From: Azolla caroliniana
Lineage: Eukaryota > Plantae > Polypodiophyta
Direction: 5' to 3'
NCBI GenBank assembly: GCA_043228905.1
Contig: JBHGNT010000003.1
Span: forward strand, 14,136,001 to 14,200,000
Length of the DNA stretch: 64,000 bases
In this document: one piece after another, positions 1-13,653 of the stretch
How the letters are laid out: every line of letters starts with the position of its first letter
Numbering within the stretch: the first letter of the stretch is position 1
Position numbers and translations under genes: made by a program
Notes under the pieces: generated by a model
Told to the model about the DNA's origin: nothing
The model's database searches: none
Seen by the model: the letters and a program-made list of their open reading frames with translations, nothing else

Positions 1-2955
1 CAGCCCAATCCTGAACAACAGACAGCAGAAGAAGAATTCGAAACAATGGTACTGTCGGAGGAGGCACGCCAATGGATGAGGGAGAACGGGTTAAAAGGAT
101 TGCTGAGGATCGTCGACGCTCCACCACACGCAGAACCAGAGCAGGCGGCAGCATCGATTGATTTATCAGAAATCACGGAAGGAGCGGTGCAGGCGCTCAC
201 GGGGATAAAAGCAGGAGGACTTCAAACAATCGAAAACCCTTCAAGTGAAATCCTGTTCGAATATTTCGGTGAGTATTCTATCAGCAGCAAGGCGTACCGA
301 ACACAGGGCGGAGAGAACCTGCTGTTCAGAGAAGTGGCCCGCGCCATGATGGAATACGGATTCGTGAATTCTCGTCCCCCGGCCATAGCCAGGTACCGGG
401 CAGCGTTCTTAATTGCAGCGTACGAAGGATTACAAGTGGACTGGCTCCATTTCATAATCGAAGGATTGAAGGAGGCCATCAAGAATCTTGTGGAAGGAAA
501 AAAGCCATGGGCCGGGATAGCACAATGGCTAACGATATTAGTCCCACCGGTGCTCCCCATCAAACAAAAGAAAAGAGGTCGTCAGGAGACAACGCCGAAA
601 AAGGTCACAAAGCGCCGACAGATCCTGGAGAAACACACCCCCGGATGGACCCAGCAAGAAGCAGAACAGCGGGGGGAAGGACCATCCCGACAGCAATAGG
701 AACCGGCAACAAAGGCAAAATCGGCAGGAAAATGCAAAGGGAAATCAACCGAGGAGGAACCGGTAGCGCTCAAACCAATCAATATAATGCTGCGACGGCC
801 GGAACCAGAACCAGAGGTCTTTATACAAAAGGTCCGTCTGGTAGCCGCACCGGAGGAGGAAGCTGAAACAGAAGACTCATCTGAACCACTGGTAAGACTC
901 CCAGTAAGACAAGGTCGGGAGAGACGGGCGAAAGGACCGGCTCCACCAGTTGACAAAACTCAGCAGAGGGCGCAAGGACCACCTCCAGTAGCCGAGGCGG
1001 AAGCAGTACCGGAACCCGTACCGAGGGAAGCAGCATCGACACCGTTTTTGCCGAACTTCAGAGAACCGGTCATCCTAGAGAAGAGGAATGAACAAGCTCC
1101 GGAGCCAGAAAAAAGGCCGGAAAAATAGCCTGAGTTAAGGAGTAGAAGTGAGCATGGCCACCCCGACACAGGAAGCACAAAGCCACAATGGCTGAGATGG
1201 CTTTCGGAGCAGTTATCGGGAGTAGCGGACCAGTTAGAGGAAGAAGAAACATGTAGGCAACAGCTGACGCATACAACAACTCAGGAGTTGGTTGCACTCC
1301 GAACACAGATCGAGGAAATGCAAGGGGAGCTGTTGCAGGCAAGGGAAGGAATTCAACAAGCACAAGTTGTCACCGAGCCGGTCGGGACAACAAGGAAGCA
1401 ACCAAAACCGGTAGCCTTGCAAACCGGCCCTGAGACCGAAAAAATAATAGAATCCTTACGAGAGGAGTTAAAAGCTTAGGAGGCATTAAGGGAAAAAGAA
1501 AGGGAGCAGCGGAAAGCGGTGGAGGACGACAGACGGAAAATGGAAGAAGGCCTCCAGAAAGGCCGAGCCACTAATGACCGACTGCAAGAAGAAAAAGAGA
1601 AGCTGCAAAGGGAGAAGGACCGACTGCGTCGACATGCCGAGCAGGAGATAGAACGACTGCAGGAAGAACTCCGACAACAGAAGGACCGGGACGATCGGTT
1701 AAGAGCTTAGGCAAACCGACGCCTGAAGCAGAAGACGGAGGACTTCGACCGTCTCTACCGAGATCACAAGCAGGCCGAGTCGGACAACAAGAAACGGGCA
1801 GCAGACTACGACCGGCAAATAGAGAAGCTCAAAGAACAGCTCAAAGAAACCCGATTAGACCTGGCTAAGGCAATGGATGAGGTCAGTGCCAAAAAGGAAG
1901 CATTGTCGGCGGAAATAGCCCAAGCGACGAAGAGAAGGAAGGAATTAGAGGCGCTAAGGCGGGAAAAGCTGGATCTGACCAAGATCAGGAATGAAGAAAA
2001 GGAAAAATCGACCTTCACGATCAGCAAACTGCAAAGTACCTATGAAAAGCAGAAAGTGGATTACGAGGCCCAGGCTCAGATAATGGCCGACATTATAAAA
2101 CGGGCAAGGAAGGAAAAGCAAGAAGCTTATGCGCATGCTAAGGCGGGGGTTGACCGGATCAAGCTCATCATGTCAGGTTGGAGTACCTGAGCTCAGGCAA
2201 GCATCAACGAAAGTACGGAAAAGCTATGGAACGAGTGGTCACAACAGGCAGCCGAGCTGCAGACACTCCGAGCGGATGCCGAGAATCGGAGGAAGACCGG
2301 TGACAAGTTCTACAAGATGGGTGAAGAAAGTATCGTTGCCATTCGGGAAGAATTGTCGGAGGATTTCTATGCTTTAGCGGAAGAACATCTCAAAGAAATC
2401 CGAGGGTTGGTAGAGAGGTTGGATGACGGGCAGCTCGCAACTCAGTTGGAGTTGGAGAAATACGAGCAAGACCGGTTACGACAGGAAGCCAAGGGAAGAA
2501 CGACGCCAATCACTATAAGTGAGGGAGAGCGACCGGCTGAAGTTGAACCAACCGACACCGAACAACCCCGACAAGGAATACCCGAAGAAGAACTTCCGTT
2601 CGAAGGAAATCAAGAAGAGCAGGAGCAGACCGATGCCGGAGAAGAAGAAGAGCTGAGACCGGAAGACACCAGAGCAGAGGAAGGAGGCGTATTGAGCCGA
2701 CCAGTCGAGACCGGAGAAAGCGACATTGGTAACAGAACAAAGCCTGGAACGGAGGGAGAACAGGAAGAACCCGGACGAAGCGGTGAGGAAGCACCGCCAC
2801 CACAGAATCAAGCAGAGCCGGAGCAACAAATTTTTACGGAACAGCCAACCCAACCGGAGGTCGGAGACCAGGCAGGCAAGGAACAGGAATTGGAGGAAGA
2901 AGCACCACTTGACACCATTGAGCAGAGTGTGCTCGATATTTTGGAGGAAGAATGA
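1..2955 (+). pseudogene. Retrotransposon 3' extra ORF (globular N-terminal domain, long coiled coil, acidic tail), copy 1
   Basis: ORF pieces at 46, 787, 1288, 1519, 1873 and 2317 share one frame, broken by in-frame stops. It ends VLDILEEE* just before an LTR. It is homologous to 3320-12675 and 31900-34171 (FGEYSxSxKAYRT motif with copy 3; xLDIxxxE* terminus with both). Confidence 0.7.
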
Positions 2956-2963
2956 GGTCGGGA

Positions 2964-3003
2964 GTGGATTCGAAGTGCAAGGCACTTTCCCACGGGCGTG
3001 CCA
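2964..3003 (+). other. tRNA-3'-half-like motif in the PPT position (copy 1)
   Basis: gtggattcga-agtgcaaggcact-ttcccac-gggcgtg-cca, then tg and the LTR start tgttgg. Conserved in 4 elements. Confidence 0.75.
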
Positions 3004-3005
3004 TG

Positions 3006-3315
3006 TGTTGGCCGGTCAGAAGAGCAAGGACAAGTGGGAAGGCGGAGTCGGATCGGATAATAGGAAGTAAATAAGAGTAGAATTATTATTCGAAGGGACG
3101 GATCCGGTACAGTTGTACCGATCCGGATCCAGACCGATTCGGATGTCGGTTGCCTAAGCGCACCGATTGTAACCTTGCCGGATGCCTATAAAAGGATCCG
3201 ATGATTTGTAAAGGGTTTGACGAAAGTAATACAAAAGTAATTATTGCGTGTTTATCTGTATCTTCGTATTGTTTACCGTCTGTGCTTAATTGTAATCATC
3301 TTACGCGTGTAACCT
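3006..3315 (+). repeat. 3' LTR of extra-ORF element 1 (3' end uncertain or truncated)
   Basis: Starts tgttggcc, with a TATA box (ctataaaagg, ~3187). Same layout as the LTRs at 12723 and 34223. Confidence 0.6.
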
Positions 3316-5156
3316 AGCATCCAATCCTTACCACCCCTTTGGAGAAGTGTCGGATAGACACCTGTGTTGAGGCTAGTCTGGCCAGGCAGACAACACTGGT
3401 CAAAGACACAACCGCAGACACAGACACCACCGCCTTGGTCGATAGTTCCACAGCTACGGAGCCCAACACCACTTTAGAAATAATCCGGGAATCACGGCCG
3501 ATCATTATGGCCTAGTCACGGTGTGGTTTGGAAAAACTTACGAACTCATGGAATTTTTGGCAACGCAGCAAATTAAGGTATCACAGAGAATGGCAGAGGA
3601 GCACGCAGAGCAACAGATGATTGAGCATGTGCTCACACGCATAGCAGAAACTGAGGATGAAGGGCCTCTAGCCAAGGTAGGCAGGCAACGGAATGTGGGG
3701 ATTTTGCGTATGGGCATTGAACTACCTCCATTGAATGCGGCCTTGGTCGAGGTACATCGGGAATTGGCTAGAGTGAGTGTGGGGGCCAAGGATATGGCTA
3801 GTAAGAATAAAAACATGTGGAAAAGAGTCAAGTTGACTCAAGCCCAATTACAGAAGGCCCAAGAGCGCATTATGGAGCTCAAACACAGTGTCCCTAGGGC
3901 ACCGCAAAATCCCGAACTAGCACGGGTGAGGACCCCTAGATAACCTTACAAGAGGAGATTGTCGTACAACAAGCCATCACTACTAAAGCGAAAAGGGTTA
4001 CGCAGCTTGCGGAGTCCAATATTGACCGCCTCCGCTCTGAACTCTACCAATCCTCCGACAGAGAAAAGGATATCCGAGCCAAAGGCCGAAAGGCAGTGAA
4101 GGCACTCGAAGAGAAACTCGAAGCGGAGGCAACAACGCATACCCGCACGAAAGAAGAAAACATGAAACTACGGGAGGAAGCCCAAAAGTCGGAAGCGATG
4201 ATCGCAAGACTCCGGGCATTATTGGAAATGAAGAAAGCATGGTACAACGAGCAGCTTGTACGAGAACAGGAGGAGAGGCATCAGGTCGAAATTCCCTTGA
4301 ACAATGAAATGGGCCGGCTAGAGGAATTACACTCGAAAGAATCTCATATATGGGCAGGGATGAAGAACCATCATGAGGAAGCAGATGCGGTTAATAAACA
4401 CCAAATTGAAAACCTCAAAAAAACCCTAGAAGAAGCGCAAAACCGCTGCCAAGTAATAACCGACAACATGCGCATACTTCTTCAAACAAATCAGGAAGGT
4501 TTACGGCGCAATTACAAGCGGCGTTAGACAAAGGTTGGATGACATGGGTAACACAAGCAGCGGAGTTGCATACCTACCGAGCGGACTGGGAGAACCGTAG
4601 GAAAGAAGGTCAAGGTTTCTACAAACTCAATGAGGAAGGCATTGCGGCAATACGCGAGGACCTAGCAGAGGATTATCGCACGCTAGCGGACCAACACTCC
4701 GAGTGTTAGAGACATAGACTAATGTAAGCATTAGATAAGGATAGAATACATATGAATAGATAGATCTAGATAGAGAGGAGAGAGAGAAAGAAGGGTGTTG
4801 ATCCACCCGACCACCCCCGAGCGAAGGGATCGAGACGGACTAGAGCCTCGATCGGCGTCCCATACTACCGTCGTGGCGTCGAGTCGTACCTGGTGCTGGC
4901 ACGCTCACTACAAGAGTTGACCCACCACAAGACAGAGTTTTGACATAGTCAACCAAATGATGAAATGAGGGTAGCTAGGCCTCTTATTTATAGCGATACC
5001 CAAGGCCCCCAGGCAAGTTCACACTTGGCCTAATGGGTTGTCTCAATCCCGAGAATTAAAAGTAATCCTCCCCTTCTTTATGCTCTCATTTAACCCTCAC
5101 ACTTATCCATGTGTATAGAATACTATGGTAAATTCTCACCACGGGATATTATATGG

Positions 5157-8100
5157 TCATGCCCGTAACATACTCCCCCTCTTTAAAACATTGCACTCTT
5201 GCAATGGAAAGTTAGGGAAGTTAGTTTTAAGAGTATTTTCGTGTTCCCATGTGGCATCTTTTATTGATTTATCCATCCATTTTATTTTAAATTCTCGGAT
5301 TTCTTCAGTACGTAATTTTTTTGTTTTAATATCGAGAATTCTTTCTGGTACATGTAGTCTAGAAGAAAAATCTTCAGAAGTAACCAGAGTTTCAGTTGTA
5401 ACTGTATTGTCGCCAGAACCTAGAACTTCTTTTAGACGACTCACATGAAAAACTGGATGAATTTCAACGCCATCGGGAAGCGCGAGACGATAGGCTGATG
5501 ACCCAATGCGTTTGAGGACTGTAAAAGGTCCACAAAACCGTGGGGCTAACTTAGCGGACTTACCCTTAGACAATGTCTTAGAATTGTGAGCTACACGTAA
5601 ATATACCTTCTGTCCAAGGTTTAATACACGAGGTTGCCTATAATGATCAGCATAAAAACGCGCTCTATCTTGAGCTGTTGTTATATTATCTCGTGCAATA
5701 TGCAACATATCTTGCATATCCCGATCAAAGTTTTGTGTACTTCACAACTCATCATGATGTATATTGACATCAATCGGGGCTCCTGGTTGAAAACCATACA
5801 TCAACATAAAAGGACTATATCCCGTTGACGTATGCTTCGAGCTGTTATAAGAAAACTCCAAAATTGGGAGATAATGTTACCATTTTGTTGGTTTTGCACC
5901 AACATATGCTCGAAGCATGTCCTCAATAATTTGACTTACTCATTCTGTTTGTCCATCGGATTGAGGATGATCCGTAGAGCTCAGGCTCAACATAGTTTCT
6001 AACTTCTTAAAGACTTGCGTCCAGAAGTCACTAGTAAATTTTGGATCTCGGTCACTCACGATATCCATCGGTAACCCATTAAAACGAAATAACTCGTCAA
6101 CGAATTGGTAAGCCAATTCAGGAGCTGTTACCGTAGTTTTAGTAGCAATAAATCTGGCCATTTTAGTTAGTCGATCAACCACAACCCACATGGCATCATG
6201 GCCTTTTTGGGTGAGAGGAAGGCTAACAATAAAATCCATGGATATACTTTCCCGCTTATTATTGGGAATGTCCAAGGGATGTAAAAGTCTTGCGGCTTTA
6301 AGTCACTCGACTTTGTTAACCTAACATTGGTGACATTTAGTCACATAACTATGTATGTCAGGGCGCATCTCAGGCCAATAGAATTGAGTGGAGATGAGAA
6401 AGAGTGTACGATGTATTCCAGGGTGCCCTGCTGAGGGTGCATCATGGCATTCAAAAAGAATTCTCTTTTTGACCTCAGGCAAATCTGGAACACAAAGCTT
6501 CCCATTACGGTAGACCCGACCGTTAGCAATGTGGAAGTATTCCTTCGAGGATGTGGTGGTGTCTGTTCCAGACTTAACTCTTGCCCAGTATTTTGCGAAA
6601 TAATTGTCATTAGGATACTTTCCTCGAAGGTGATCATAAAGATTTGATGATATTTCAGTGAAGCTAAGCATGTTAACTTCACGGATGCGACTTAGTGCAT
6701 GAGCGACAGTGTTCATAGAACCTTTACGATATCATATGGAAAAATCAAAGTCCTGGATGAGATCAGCCCATCGTGCCTTACAACCTTTCAGGTCTTGTTG
6801 GTCACAAAAATATTTCAAGGACTCGTGGTCCATAGTTACCACAAAGTGATTTCCATAAAGATAATGGCGCCATGTTTTGAGCGCATGTATAACTGCAAAT
6901 AATTCCTTTCCTTGAACGGTATACCAACATTGAGCAAAATCAAGTTTCTTAGTCTTGAATGCTATTGGTTTACCATCTTGATATAAGACAACACCTATAG
7001 CATAATCACTTACATTGGTTTCAACCTCAAAAGGTTTTGAAGGATCGGGTAAATGAAGTGAAGGAGCCTTGCACACCAGGTCCTTGGGTTCCTTAAAGGC
7101 GAGATCTAGTGTAGCATTCCACACAATAGGTTTTGTAGACTTACACATTTGTCCTTTTAGAAGATCAGTAAACGACATTGTCAATTGGGAGTAATTAGGA
7201 AGGGATTTTCGCAAAAACCCGACAAAACCAAGGAATGATCGAACTTCTCGAATATTCCGAAGAGTAGGCCAAAGCTTGATTTTCTCGATGCGAGAAGGAT
7301 CAATTTCAACTCCTCGTTCGGTTATGAGATGTCCAAGATAAGTAATTGATTTCTTGAAGAACTCACATTTTGAGATCTTCGCGTAAAACTGTTTGTCACG
7401 CAATGTTTGTAAAACAAAGCGGACATGTTTAGCATGTTCTTGTAATGTATGGCTATAAACTAAAATATCATCCAAGAAAATAATGGCAAATTTTCCAAGT
7501 TGTTCTCGGAAAATGTCATTCATTTCTTGTTGAAATGTAGCCGAAGCATTGATCAAACCAAAAGGCATAACCAAAAACTCATAATGGCCATAGCGCATAC
7601 GAAATACCGTTTTAGGAACATCGTCCTCAGTTATACGAATTTGATGGTAGCCAGTACGGAGATCAAGTTTCGTAAAATACCAAGCTCCCTGTTGACGGTC
7701 AATTAGATCGTCAGCCCGGGGCAATGGATACGAATTCTTGATCGTCACTTTATTCAAGCGTCGGTAATTAATACACATACGCCATGTGCCCTCTTTCTTT
7801 TTAACCAAGAGAACTGGTACACCCCATGGAGATTTACTATAACGTATATAACCCATTCGTAAATAGTCCTTGAGTTGCTTAGATACCTCATCCTCTTCAG
7901 ATGGACTTAAGCGATAAGGAGGTATACTTATTGGTGCAACGCCAGGCACAATATCTATACGATGGTCTATATTACGTTTAGGAGGTAACCCATCTGGTAG
8001 TTCACTCGGAAAAACATCACGAAAATCATTTAAGATTTCATCAAGTTGTTGTTGTTCAAAATACGTTAATTGAACCAAGACATTATCGATATTGTAAACG

Positions 8101-9320
8101 TGAATGTCCGGATCAAGTACACAATAAAATAGAGTAGAACAAGACAACTCGGATATTGATGGACACGAGGAAACAATCGAGAGGGATTGTTTTTTTACAC
8201 ATTGAATAAAATGAGTACAATCATTCAGTACAAATGTAATTGAATGATGAACCCAATCAATAGATAAAGAAGAGTTTTTATTATAAAACCAGGGATAACC
8301 CAGTATTACATTGGTGGTACAAAGATTCATTACATGGAAGTCTACTTCCTCTAAATAAGTATCAATAGAAATTCCTAATGAATGAATCGCCCCGTTGATA
8401 GTTACCGCTAGATTGGAGGTTCGAGTCTCCCCCCACCAACATACATGTGGTACCTAAAAAGGGCGGTTTGTGCCCGTAAGTGACGACGATGAAGATAGTG
8501 GCAACGATGCAAATGGTGACAGTGAAGGGCGGTTTGTGCCCTTAAATGACGACGACGAAGATAGTGGCGACGACGCAAAATTGGTGATAGTGAAGGGCGA
8601 TTTGTGCCCATAAGTGACGACGACGAAGATGGTGCCGATTTCGACGATGAAGAAGGTAAAATGTAGCCTGTCTACAAGTTGCATGATGGAACGTGGTGCG
8701 AGTTTCATCATATCCTAGAGGTCATCCTGTGCATGTATGTCACTTGTACCATTCGGTACACCCCCGATGGACTATGTACTGCTAATAAAACATGACTTTG
8801 TGTGAGTTGTAGCCTTCGGGCGAGCCAAAGATAAAAAACACTAAAGTAGTATAAACCAATAAGAAAAAAATATATATATGAATCACCCCGTTGATGTATT
8901 GTACTCTTCCATCAGCCAAGTGCACCATGTAGGTGTGATCACCTACGGTGGGTTGGATTCCCTATATCTGAACCAAACGATCATTCACAAAGTTGTGTTA
9001 GCTTCCCGAATCAAAAAAAATGGTATGGGAGATCCATTGATATACCCGTTTGCACATAGTAAATCATTGGGACCCAATACATAGTGAGGGAAAGAACATT
9101 GACAATTACTTAAATGATGTGTATAGACCTAAAGAACATTAGGAATCTGACCTTTATGGTCTGCAACTTTGGCTTTGTTGTCATGCTCTTTCCGTTGGAG
9201 ATTTCGACATTGCTCTTTTGTATGAACCTTCTTTTTATAGAATACGCAAAAAGTATGTTGTCTCTTACAATCGTGATCCATGAATTCGTTGGGTGTCTTG
9301 CGTTTCCCAACGAATTGTGA
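5157..9320 (-). pseudogene. Gypsy pol (PR-RT-RNaseH-INT-chromodomain), with stops and frameshifts
   Basis: RT 'FLDDILVYS', integrase 'HDAPSAGHPG' and 'IVSDRDPKF', GPF 'PRFCGPF', chromodomain 'PERILD...IKW...ATWE'. Protease interrupted by a SINE. Confidence 0.9.
8400..8877 (+). mobile_element. tRNA-derived SINE, 5'-truncated
   Basis: 18-bp TSD atgaatc(g/a)ccccgttgat at 8382-8399 and 8878-8895. Head has a B-box (ggttcgagtc) and ends ...cccacca. About three ~66-bp internal repeats and an A/AT-rich tail. Confidence 0.8.
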
Positions 9321-10174
9321 CTACTTAGTTCCGGGTGCTTCGTTGGGTTTGTTCTGATCCTTCTTTGAAGTGCGTTGATAACGAAGAACTATTTCAACGG
9401 CCTCTTCGAAGGATTTTGGATCCTTATCGTGCACTATCCAATGATAGTCTGAATTGGGGATGCCATTGACAAAACAAGCTATTAACCATTTGTCCCCTTC
9501 TAGACCCAATTTTTGGATTTGGGTTCTAGCATGGTGGACATAGTCTTGTAGTGAGGAAAATTTCCGACTAGAGAGGTTCATTAAAGCTTGTGCTGCCTTG
9601 GTTCGAGAGGGAGGTTGCAAAAATTGGCCCTTGAAAACTGTGACAAAATCTATCCAGGTATCGGGCAATTTCCCCAAAGTACGGAGCCCACGCCACCAGG
9701 CAGCGGCCTTACCCCCTAGTTCTCGGCTGACATATGGAATCTTCGTAGTATACAACGGGGATAGAGCTCAAAATGAGACTCCCATCAGCCCAGCCACGTG
9801 CATATTGTTGCTTCGGTTCTTTCCTTTTTGTCTCCCGTAAATGGCTTAACGACAACCGATGGTTCACCTTGTCGCTCATCAGGTCTATTAGTCTCATGTT
9901 GTAAACTAATGACACGTGCCTCGAGAGCACTTTGAGATTGCCGATGTTCGGTCATCTGTTGAGCGGTGAAACTAAGGTATTGGGTTATTTGCGAAAAATA
10001 CATCTCAATGGACATTTGTCCATGAGGATTCTCTTGAGTTCCTTCCGCTTGAGCGGATGACATCGGGTCGTTATTTTGAGCCATTAAATGATTATTTCTG
10101 GAAAAGAAATAGGATAAGGTCAGAGAGATAGTCATAACATCATGTTGTGATGTAAACATATCATGGGCGAACAT
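9321..10174 (-). pseudogene. Gypsy gag (frameshifted)
   Basis: 'VKPFTGD...TWL' and 'AAAWWR...W.DF..VFK.QF' retrotransposon Gag motifs. Confidence 0.85.
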
Positions 10175-11279
10175 TAATTGATATCATTATCTCACGTCAA
10201 TACCCCTCTAGACGTATGAGATGAGGTTCAAGATCAGGTTACTATGGTAACACAAAGGTGTTTAAAAAACCATGGGGGTGACAAATAAATGTCTTTCCTT
10301 GATTTCTATATCGATTTTTTTCATGATGGCTCCCCGAGGCTCAACCATGTATGTTCGCGTCATGAACAGTTTATACACGAAAAAAATGTTAACAATAAAC
10401 TATGTTTCTGTGCCCACATATGTGGTTTTGGCTCTTTAAGTCCTATTACGAGGACCCTAAAGTGCACTTAGACCTCAAGTCTAAACATGTGTTATAGTCA
10501 TATGTATCAACGATGTTGTATGGTCTTGGTCATATTTGAACTCGAGACCTCGTGAACAAATTCATTAAACAGTTGAGCCAACCAAGTAAGTTGCTCTTCT
10601 TGAATGTTTAATGTTTCATGCATACAAGAGATATGCGAGGCATTTGCCCATATATGTTTTTTTAAAAGAAACATATATGTCAAGAGTCCTTATTTCGCCC
10701 TCATTTACTACAACTATGTTGGTACGTTACATAACCTCAAGTCTTGTAATTACGATGGCATATGCCAAAGTGCAACCTAATGGTCAAGCCAAATGAGCCC
10801 TCTTTTTGTAGTAGTCCCACGTGGCCCATCACATGGTCACGTCATTACGAATGCCTCTCGTAAGAATGATCTCATGGTGGCATCATATCCTTGTAATGAG
10901 GGAGGGATGTTGGATACGTGTGTCATAGGAGCGACCTCACATGAAGTGGGTCAAGCCTTACGTACTCAACATCATTATGGCTATAGGCGTTTCTTTACGT
11001 AACGAAATATCGAAGTCACCAACAGGGATTTCAACAATAAAAAATTGTTGAAAAAAGGGATGGTGACAACGCTATTCTCACAAAAATGTGAGGACGGCCA
11101 CCAAGATCCTTTCCCCGAAAAGGAAAACATTCGATTTAAAATCACGTAATAACTTAAATACACATATGTATATTATCACATACATACGATCAACTACGTA
11201 TACACGTGACCACATATGACTATATTAAACAAATCGTTATATTTAATAGCCAAAAATGAAGTAATCGAGATACGTAATC

Positions 11280-11522
11280 GAGGCATAGACCTCTACACAC
11301 ACAAGACACCCAAAAATAAGGGTTAATCGTAATACGCAATTGAGGTATTGACCTCTTACGCATACGAGACTAAACGCATATCATTTACAATGAATCGACG
11401 TATTGACCTCATACGCAAACGTAACATATGTTTGTGAACGTAATATGCAATTGAGGTATTAACCTCGTGCGCATACGACACTCATCACATATTCAATATA
11501 CGTCAAATGAGGTATTGACCTC
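11280..11522. repeat. Five ~56-62 bp spaced copies of GAGG-tattga-CCTC in the chromovirus 5' UTR
   Basis: Copies start at 11280, 11342, 11397, 11453 and 11509. Confidence 0.75.
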
Positions 11523-12679
11523 GTGCACATATGTAAACGTATTATATAACCAAATAATTACCACTACAACATCATTGAATCTATAGAAAAAATTACATAT
11601 TAACCATACACATGATTAAATTGGGAGAAGAAAGAATAGAAAAAACAAGAAAGATTACCGAAGTTCTTTTGTTGATCTTTGTCTGGATCAACGCCGACCG
11701 CACATTGATCGATCTTCATCAATCAAGAACACAAAACACAACAAAAGAAACATTAGAAAATGAGCTCTGATACCAACTATTAGAGACATAGACTAATGTA
11801 AGCATTATATAAGGATTGAATATAGATGAATAGATAGATCTAGATAGAGAGGAGAGAGAGAAAGAAGGGTGTCGATCCACTCGACCACCCCCGAGAGAAG
11901 GGATCGAGATGGACTCGAGCCTCGATCGGCGTCCCATACCACCGTCGTGGCGTCGAGTCGTACCTGGTGCTGGCGCGAGTTGACCCACCACAAGACAGAG
12001 TCTCGACGTAGTCAACTAGATGATAAATTAAGGGTAGCTAGGCCTCTTATTTATAGTGATACCCAAGGCCCGCAGGCAAGTTCACACTTGGCCTAATGGG
12101 TTGTCTCAATCCTGAGAATTAAAAGTAATCCTCCCCTTCTTTACACTCTCGTTTAACCCTCACACTTATCCACGTGTATAGAATACTACAGTAAATTCTC
12201 ACCACGGGATATTATATGGTCATGCCCGTAACACCGAGGAACTCGCGCAGCTACTGGAAGATTTCGGCAAAAGTCAGGAGGGTATGTTTCACCGAATCAT
12301 GGAAGCAGGCAGCACACGGCAAAGAGCAGAGCCCATCGCAATACCAAATAGCGATACCGCCGAACAGGAGGAACCTCCGCCTAATTCATCGGAGATGACA
12401 ACTACGGACGACAACACTGAGGAAGTTACGGACAGGATAGAGCCTCAGCCTAACGAGAGCCCGCATACGGTAGAGCCAGCCACAATAGAACGGAATGAGC
12501 CAAAGAGCTAGGTCCGCCCACGCAGGGAGAAGTTGACGCCATGGAAAACCCCATGATGACCGAGCAAGTACAAGACATGCAACCGAGCAACGACGCGCCT
12601 ACGATCACTACGTCGTCCCTGGACCAGTACATAGGAGTGGAACCAAACATCCTGGATATTTTAGAGGAAGAATAGAGGG

Positions 12680-12720
12680 ATGGGTCCAACTTTCCATGGC
12701 ACTATCCCACAGATGTGCCA
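12680..12720 (+). other. tRNA-3'-half-like motif in the PPT position (copy 2, degenerate)
   Basis: atgggtccaa...ggcactatcccac-agatgtg-cca, then ag and the LTR start tgttgt. Confidence 0.65.
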
Positions 12721-12722
12721 AG

Positions 12723-13185
12723 TGTTGTCCGCCGGAATCGTAACCGACAGACAGAAGCGCAGAAATATTATAATATAGTAAAGCGTTAAGAAACGAATGT
12801 AACGGTTCACGCGGGAAGCGTGAATGGCTAAAAGCCCTGTGTATATAAAGGGCAAAAATCCTCTGTTAGAGGGAGCATGTAATTTTGAGTGTAGGACATT
12901 TTTCTAATAGAATCCTATCTTCTCTCATCTCTGTGCATATTTGTGTCTATCTGCAGGAATCATGATTCGCTCTTCCGCGATGATGCAAACTTTCATTTTC
13001 CCTCAGAGAAAAGAGATCGTGTTATGCTACCAATGCTGCTTGATATTAGTTGTTCGTAACCATGACCGTCCTAGCAGCATCGGGTATACTCCAGGGGCAT
13101 CCAGTCATAATACTATTGTAGACACAATAAAGGTATGCACTACAAGGTTTCAAATTAACCCTATCGGTCAAACCGATCACGTAAC
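12723..13185 (+). repeat. 3' LTR of extra-ORF element 2, probably interrupted by the chromovirus at 13186
   Basis: Starts tgttgtccgcc, with TATA tatataaagg at ~12843. Confidence 0.55.
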
Positions 13186-13313
13186 TATCAGGAACATTAC
13201 TAAGACAGAGAAGTACTATCAGGAATAGTACTAAGACAGAGAATGAATCAGTACTAAAATATGAGGATTAGTACTAAGGGAGGTGTAGAACTCGCGAGAG
13301 AACGAAAGAGTAA

Positions 13314-13359
<46 letters not shown>

Positions 13360-13583
13360 AAATGATGATAACAAAAGATATATATTATGTTAAGAGAATA
13401 TACAATAGTAGCTAGGAGGCTTAAGACTAGCGTTGAACCAATTTGGTTCGAAATAATACCTTGTGCCTCCTTTTATAGTGTTCCAGGAGTACTCCTGAAG
13501 TTTCTAGAATGTTCCAGAGAAATCTGGAATATACATCTATTTTCTATAGTAAACCTTAAATGAAAATAATATCCTTCGTATTA

Positions 13584-13653
13584 CAATATATAGCCTAATG
13601 GTCAAGAGCTTGATCATGTAACATAAGGTCACAGGTTCGAATCTTGGCATATG
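13584..13653 (+). ncRNA. tRNA-like (Pol III A/B-box) module in LTR U3, antisense to the element
   Basis: A-box tagcctaatgg at 13591-13601, B-box ggttcgaatc at 13634-13643, tRNA spacing, and an anticodon-like loop containing TGT. Confidence 0.7.

Larger units (their letters stand above)
4704..12233 (-). mobile_element. Full-length decayed Ty3/Gypsy chromovirus
   Basis: LTRs 4704-5170 and 11778-12233, TSD ccgag/ccgag, tRNA-iMet PBS (tggtatcagagc) at 11764-11775, PPT at ~5171-5184. Gag, PR, RT, RH, INT and chromodomain fragments present. Confidence 0.95.
3320..12675 (+). pseudogene. Extra ORF copy 2, split by the chromovirus at 4704-12233
   Basis: Coiled-coil ORF fragments at 3521-4703 resume at 12234 after TSD ccgag and end NILDILEEE*. 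Strong similarity to 33000-34171. Confidence 0.7.

Noticed and set aside
2976-3319. LTR boundaries tgcaagg...cctagca
   Set aside because: The paired LTRs at 58667/61045 show that the LTR starts at TGTT after the conserved motif, i.e. at 3006.
5027-5060. A-box-like tggcctaatgg in the LTR of the first chromovirus
   Set aside because: No B-box or T-arm at tRNA spacing.
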